Source: Octopus bimaculoides (Eukaryota). From it: a stretch of DNA of 64,000 nt. Under the pieces are notes generated by a model. That model was given only the letters and a program-made list of their open reading frames with translations. It ran no database searches and was not told the origin of the DNA. Both the position numbers and the translations under genes were made by a program. Shown one piece after another: positions 63,690-64,000 of the stretch; positions within the stretch are counted from its first letter, which is position 1, and every line of letters starts with the position of its first letter. Location: the NCBI RefSeq assembly GCF_001194135.2, contig NC_068984.1, positions 59,049,002 to 59,113,001 on the forward strand, in the 5' to 3' direction.

Positions 63690-63990
63690 AATAATTGCAA
63701 ATCAAAGATCAGTTTTCAACATCTGAAAATTTCAATTTGCAGCAGTTGCCTGTTCATCCTCTTCCTGCCATCAGCACAATGCCATTGCTGGATCTACCTA
63801 ATGCATTACATAAGTTTCCTTTGTAAGAGATTTCACTCATTTATAGTTCCATCCAACTGCCTAAGCCAACCATAATCTTCAATCTTCGGTTGCTCATAAC
63901 CGTCAGTTGTGCCAGCACAAATAATGTGATTCGAGCATGAAATTTCTGAAAGTCAATGTGAGATCTTCCTTTTTGTATATCTGTTGATTA
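63690..63990 (-). pseudogene. Possible decayed C-terminus of an uncharacterised invertebrate repeat-borne ORF (PxxEDYGW + CXC-like Cys cluster)
   Basis: HAR-SHYLCWHN / EQPKIEDYGWLRQLDG / C*WQ..G*TGNCCK across frameshifts. Family recalled from memory. Confidence 0.3.
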
Positions 63991-64000
63991 TACTTCTTAA

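Overview
AT-rich, microsatellite-dense animal genomic DNA from a gapped draft assembly (8 N-runs). The repeat families are most consistent with an octopod cephalopod (inference, no database search run). I recognise no host protein-coding gene; there are only weak splice-site-bounded exon candidates on the + strand. The window is a mosaic of mostly decayed transposons: RTE LINEs with a (GAT)n tail, several tRNA-headed SINE families, two HERO-like restriction-endonuclease LINE fragments, a Penelope-like element (RT + GIY-YIG) plus isolated Penelope-type termini, a probable Ty1/copia remnant, a full-length and a partial DD37D (maT) element in inverted orientation, a Tigger transposase fragment and MITE, a hAT MITE with TSD, and a Helitron deletion derivative. 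The most unusual structure is at 9640-10293. It is a 335-bp tandem unit carrying a near-canonical type I hammerhead ribozyme, whose second copy breaks a few nt from the cleavage site and folds back into a 123-bp hairpin, with (TA)n on both sides. A second ~385-bp fold-back with hammerhead-like cores lies at 38423-38807. All alignments and translations were done by eye.
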